Part shown: positions 59,280-64,000 of the stretch, one piece after another
Position numbering within the stretch: position 1 is the first letter of the stretch
How the letters are laid out: each line of letters opens with the position of its first letter
From: Paramoeba atlantica
Lineage: Eukaryota > Protista > Discosea
DNA: 64,000 bases
Direction: 5' to 3'
NCBI GenBank assembly: GCA_977017575.1
Contig: CDRNVI010000156.1
Span: forward strand, 186,001-250,000
Translations under genes and position numbers: made by a program
Notes under the pieces: model-generated
Told to the model about the DNA's origin: nothing
Seen by the model: only the letters and a program-made list of their open reading frames with translations
Databases searched by the model: none

Positions 59280-62200
59280 ATGAGTGGTTCTCAAGAGAGG
59301 AGAATCTTGAGTTACGTGATCTCCTCTCCTCTTTTTCTTCCCTTCCCTTTCAGGTTCTTTTTTCGTTCTCTCTTTTGTGAAAAAATTCTGTGTGAACCGT
59401 TGACGGTTTTTTAGATCGATGGGAAATGGGAGAAGGTGAGAGGATGTGAGAATGTGGGTTGCCAAGTTCACAAAAACGATTCATCTCCCAAAAGCTATTT
59501 GAAACATCATATGGACTTTGGGACTTATCTTTCCGCCAATCTCAGGTCTTCTTTTTTCCTCTTTCATCACCCTTTTGCTGTTTCTATTTTAGAGATCTGA
59601 TAATATCCTTCTTTTTGAAGTTTCTCCGAACTACCAATTAAAAATATTACATTGGATCGAATATTGAGTGACTCTTCGTATCTCTTCTTGCTGGAATGTG
59701 GCCACTTTGAATCTTTTGAAATCTATCTTGTGGTTCGCTTAGAAGCTGTCAATACAGAGACAAAGTCCTCTCCTTCCGTCCCTTATTTTTCATCCCCCTC
59801 TTGTTCTCGCTCAAATTCCTCTCCATCTCTTCAGTCACCTTCTCGAGTCCTCAATCTTTCCTCTTCAACAGATTATTTACTCACATCTTCACCAACCCCA
59901 AAGCCCAACAGTGCGAACAAACTCATCCAATATTCAATCCACAATTGTAATCGAACTAGAGAAGGGCTGAGCCCTGAGGTATGTCAATGCCATAACAGCG
60001 TTGTACAGATTGAAAGAAAGAAAGAAAGTTCCATTCAGTTTCACTTTAAAGTTGATTGGAACGCAAAAAAGATGTCCAAAGCGGTAGAAGAAGAGCAAGA
60101 GATAAAGCTCTTTGGAGGGGATCTATGTAATGTTTCAATCTATTTGGAAGGGCGAATTCTAAACACTGAAAGAAATCTTCCTCCCTCTTCTTTTGTCCAT
60201 CTCTCAGGGTAAGTCAAATTTTTCTCTTTCCGAAAAGAATCGAATTTCCTTTTTTTTTAATGTTTCAGTTTTTTTTTTAAAGAATTGAGGGAAAGATATT
60301 GATGTTCGTTTCTCCTGGGTGTTCTCACTGTCTTCGCGCAAAAGATCTCCTTCTCTCGAAAGGACAGGTTTTTTCAAACTTTTTTTCATAAATTGATTTT
60401 TGCTTTTTTTTTGAAATGTTTTTTGGATAGGAAATTTTTCAGATTGATCTAAATAAATATCCCTGGATGAGAAAACCGATGGTCCAAAAATGTATGGCAC
60501 GAACTGTTCCTCAAATTTTTTTGGGAGAGGTGATTTTTTCTCTTCTTCTTTTTAAGTCCCCACAAACAAAAAGATCATTTCATTGAAATTCCTCTCCAAA
60601 TTTTAGAAACACATTGGTGGTGCGAGTGACTTGTTCGCATTGGAGCGTGAGGGGAAATTGGATGAAATACTGAAACATCTCGATTCGCTTCCTCCACTTC
60701 GTCTTCTTCCTCTTGCAGAACGCGTTTCCAATCAGTTTTTTGGGTTTCAACCAAGTCTTTCCGAATTGGTGAACTCTTTCTTTCAATTTTTGGAAGAAGA
60801 ATCTCTTAGAAAAGAAAAAGCTAACTTCGTCATGATTGAAAAGAACGAAGAAGAAACTACGAACAGAAAGTTCTCTAGCTCCAGGGGAGAGAAAAATGAA
60901 AGAGAAATGAAAGGGGAGTGTTTTAAAACAGTTGCAATGAAGCCAGTTCGCTCACCCGCACCTGTTTCTCCTGAGAGGAGGGTGAATGAGGATTCAAAAA
61001 CTTCGAGGGTGGGTTTTATGTTTCGAAAAATGTTCTCCCAGCGTTCGTTGACGAGATTAAGGAGAGAAGAGAGAACGAAAGAGGAAAGAGAGCTTCCTTG
61101 TTTCTCTCTTTGGGGTAAACATGAAGTTGCTATTTTGAGTTTGGTGGAGGAGATGAAAGGGCGAGGAGAAAGGAGGAAATTGAATTTGAAAATTCATTCT
61201 GCTGGAATGTTTCCGAATTCGTTTCGAGGAAGAGAACTGCTTCAATTTATCAAGAGAGAGTTTTCACTCTCTGATCTTGCTGTTAGTTTGTTTTGCTCAA
61301 TTCTTCTATTCGATAAGTATATTGTTCGAGTGGATGCACAAAATCAAACCTTCTCGGGTTCATCTGTTTATCAGTTTTATGATCACAAGTTCAAAAATGT
61401 GTTGAATATGACTCGACCATCATCTTTGAAAAGAAGTTCTTTAAGGATGGAGAGTTCTCGTTTTTCTTTTAGAAAAAATGATGCTGCTGCGATTGCATCC
61501 GAGATGGGAACTTGTATTATCTCTTTAAGAGATCGTTTTGTTTCTTTGGATGGGAAAGAAGTGGATTATGTTGCATTGGGAAAGCACCCTCTTTATTTTC
61601 GTTATGTTTTGCTCACTATTCGGCTCCAAGAGTTTGATTTGACCCCTCTTTCCATCCTGGAAAGAAAGACTTTTTTTCTGAATTTATATAATGCGCTGGT
61701 GATTCATGCCACAGTTTGTGTGGGGACTCAAAAGACGGCATTGGAGAGATCCACTTTTTTTGGTTCGATGTCGTACAAGATCGGGAAATATCGGTTTGAT
61801 TCATATTTTTCATCATTTCTTTTCTTTTTAGAAATCCCCTTCAAAAAAAAAAGCAAAGATTGAAGACTTTATTTTGATTAGGTATACCCTCAATGATATT
61901 GAACATGGTATTCTACGCTGCAACCGAAACCCACCCGGACTCTTTTCTTCCAAACCATTTGCTAACTCTGACCCGCGCCTAAAATATTCTATCCCTGTAA
62001 GCGAATTTGATCCAAGAATCCACTTCGCTTTGGTGTGTGGTGCAAAGAGTTGTCCACCAATTCGTGTCTTTTCTTCTGAGATTGTCAATGATGCTTTGGA
62101 TTGGGCCACAGAGGCTTTTGTTTCTGAGGAGGTGAGCGTTGATGTTGAAAAAGGGAGGGTGAAAATGAGTATGTTATTTAAATGGTATTTTTCTGATTTT

Positions 62201-62551
62201 GGGAAGAGTGAAGAAGAGGTGCTGAAGTGGATCTTGTTGTATTTATCTCCAGAAAAGGGTTTGAAGACTTCTTTTAAGGTAACGGTTTTTTGGAATGATT
62301 TTTCTCTTTCCTCTCTTTGACGAACTTTATTAATTTTTCTCAAAAAAAATTAGATCACCTATTTTGAATACAATTGGGACCAAAACGGAAGAGGGGAGGA
62401 TGAGAAAGAAGAAAGCCAAGTCATGCCAGGAGAAAACCAAATCAGTCCTAATCAGTCTGCAAATCACCTTAATGAATATGAGTTTTCGGATGATGATGAT
62501 TATTTGAAGAGCAATGTTGATTATTTATGTGACTTGGCGAAGTGGTATTGA
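59280..62551 (+). CDS. DEP-like + DUF547 domain protein, multi-exon; 5' exons less certain
   Basis: FRGRELLQFI (DEP-like), VDY.ALG, FFLNLYNALVIH, YTLNDIEHGILRCN, DPRIHFALVCGAKSCPPIR, LFKWYFSDFG, EYNW. Confidence 0.85.
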
Positions 62552-62867
62552 AAGTTCGAAATTTTCTCAAATGCCGAACAAAGAATCAGAAAGCAACATT
62601 TTGAAACAAAATATTTTTATTGGAGGAACAATTAAATTATCCCAACATCCTCTCAAAATCTTTCTCTTGCCACTCTTCGAGCAGAGACACCAAAAAGAAG
62701 AGGCGGGACACCAAATAAGCGGGACACCAAAAAAAACGGACACCTTTCGAATTTTCTCGGAATCTTCTGGGAACGGAACCCTCTTTTTGTTTCTGGGAAC
62801 GGAACCTTCTTTTCGTTTTTGAAAAATTTCAAATTTTTTTGTGTGGGATTGAGACCTTGCCGGGAGG

Positions 62868-63701
62868 ATGTCTTCCATTCTTTTGGAAAATGCGCTTCAA
62901 GTCATCCAATTGATGAATCAGGGGAAATTTGACACAGCCTTTTCAAGTGCCAAAAGGTACACAGAAGACCGTGATGACGATGGCGATTGCGCTGCTTGTC
63001 TTGCATTCTGTTTTTACTTTGGATACGGAACCAAAATCTCGTTGGATGGGCGTGATGTGTGGATTAAAAAAGCGGTGGAGAAGGGATCAACTTTGGGAAA
63101 AGGCTTTGCCTTGTATGTGGCGGAAAGATGGAATGAAGTGATCTCAACTCTTCAACCCTTTGCAAATGGCGAATGCAGTCTCGCGAATTGGATGCTTTGC
63201 CATTCTTATCTGGGCCTTAAGGAAGAGAGGAAAGGGTTTGAATTTTGCGAAAAGGCAGCAAACCAAGGACTCCTTAGAGGTCTGATGAGTCTCTCATTCT
63301 GTTACCATGAAGGAAAAGGTGTTTCTAAAAACGCTGAGAAAGGATTTCTCTTTGCTAAAGAAGGTGCGGACAAAGGTGATGCGAGCGGGCAAAGAAATGT
63401 GGCATATGATTACATTCTTGGAGAAGGATGTACTCCAAATGAAGAACTTGCGTTTCAATACATCAAGAAAGCAGTTGCCCAAAATGATCGAGTGGCACAA
63501 GCCAACTTAGGAGTCTGTTATTTGTATGGGAGAGGATGTAAAGTGAATTATAATCTTGCTTTTCATTTCATGAAACTGGCTGCAGATCAAGATGATAAGG
63601 AGAGTCGAGCCATGTTAGCTTCCTTCTATCTTGATGGGGTTGGGTGTGAACCAAATCATGAACTTGCACTTCAATATTCTGTGGATTTGTTCTCGTGTTG
63701 A
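62868..63701 (+). CDS. Sel1-like repeat protein, intronless
   Basis: Repeated A...G...A...LGxCY..GxG...N...AF.....AA units. Confidence 0.9.
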   Translation: MSSILLENALQVIQLMNQGKFDTAFSSAKRYTEDRDDDGDCAACLAFCFYFGYGTKISLDGRDVWIKKAVEKGSTLGKGFALYVAERWNEVISTLQPFANGECSLANWMLCHSYLGLKEERKGFEFCEKAANQGLLRGLMSLSFCYHEGKGVSKNAEKGFLFAKEGADKGDASGQRNVAYDYILGEGCTPNEELAFQYIKKAVAQNDRVAQANLGVCYLYGRGCKVNYNLAFHFMKLAADQDDKESRAMLASFYLDGVGCEPNHELALQYSVDLFSC

Positions 63702-63926
63702 CTATTTTCTTTTTCTCTTCTTTTCTTTCTTCCCTCTTTCTCTTGTAAAAAAAGAAAGACACAAATAAAAATGAAAATCATGAGAATCCGATTATTCAAA
63801 CTCACGATTTATTTAAGAAACAAAAAGTTGTTTTTGTGTTTTCTTTTCGGGGAAGACCAGAAAGAAGAGAGTGGAGAGAGAAAGAGAAAGAGAAAAGAGG
63901 AAAAAAAGAGGAAAGAGAAGAGTAGA

Positions 63927-64000
63927 ATGGATGATGAATTGAGAGGAACAACTTTTATTCCGTATGTTCAGTCCACTTTGGAATCGTTTTCTCAAGAAAG
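63927..64000 (+). CDS. Possible 5' start of next gene (partial)
   Basis: ATG-initiated open frame MDDELRGTTFIPYVQSTLESFSQE runs off the window after a purine-rich leader. Confidence 0.35.
   Translation, partial: MDDELRGTTFIPYVQSTLESFSQE

Overview
AT-rich, intron-dense, gene-compact eukaryotic DNA, most likely a protist; marine-amoeba-like is a guess the sequence cannot confirm. The backbone is host genes: CSN6 3' end, three 7TM TOM1/GPR137-like paralogues, dynactin p62, RRP12, cytochrome b561, sterol 24-C-methyltransferase, a class I methyltransferase, TMEM42, a cyclic-nucleotide PDE, RACK1, a Kelch/coiled-coil protein, MBF1, SDE2, a DEP+DUF547 protein and a Sel1-repeat protein. Two accessory insertions stand out, each carrying a TET/JBP-type 2OG-Fe(II) dioxygenase gene. 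(1) 33282-37795 is bounded by 38-bp imperfect terminal inverted repeats. It encodes an apparently intact Transib/RAG1-like DDE transposase, a TET/JBP-like gene and an orphan ORF. (2) About 8671-15658 holds a SWIM/C2H2 zinc-finger gene, a second, different TET/JBP-like gene, a ~200-bp tandem array and a Ulp1/SENP-type peptidase gene, flanked by a ~690-bp direct duplication of a host gene. Other oddities: two tandem genes each made of two fused EctA-like GNAT domains, a kexin-like protein lacking all three catalytic residues and the prodomain, a degenerate Hsp70 embedded in an unrelated protein, and a 5S rRNA gene in an intron of that gene. All protein identifications come from motif recognition by eye, and exon boundaries are inferred from GT-AG sites and reading-frame continuity.
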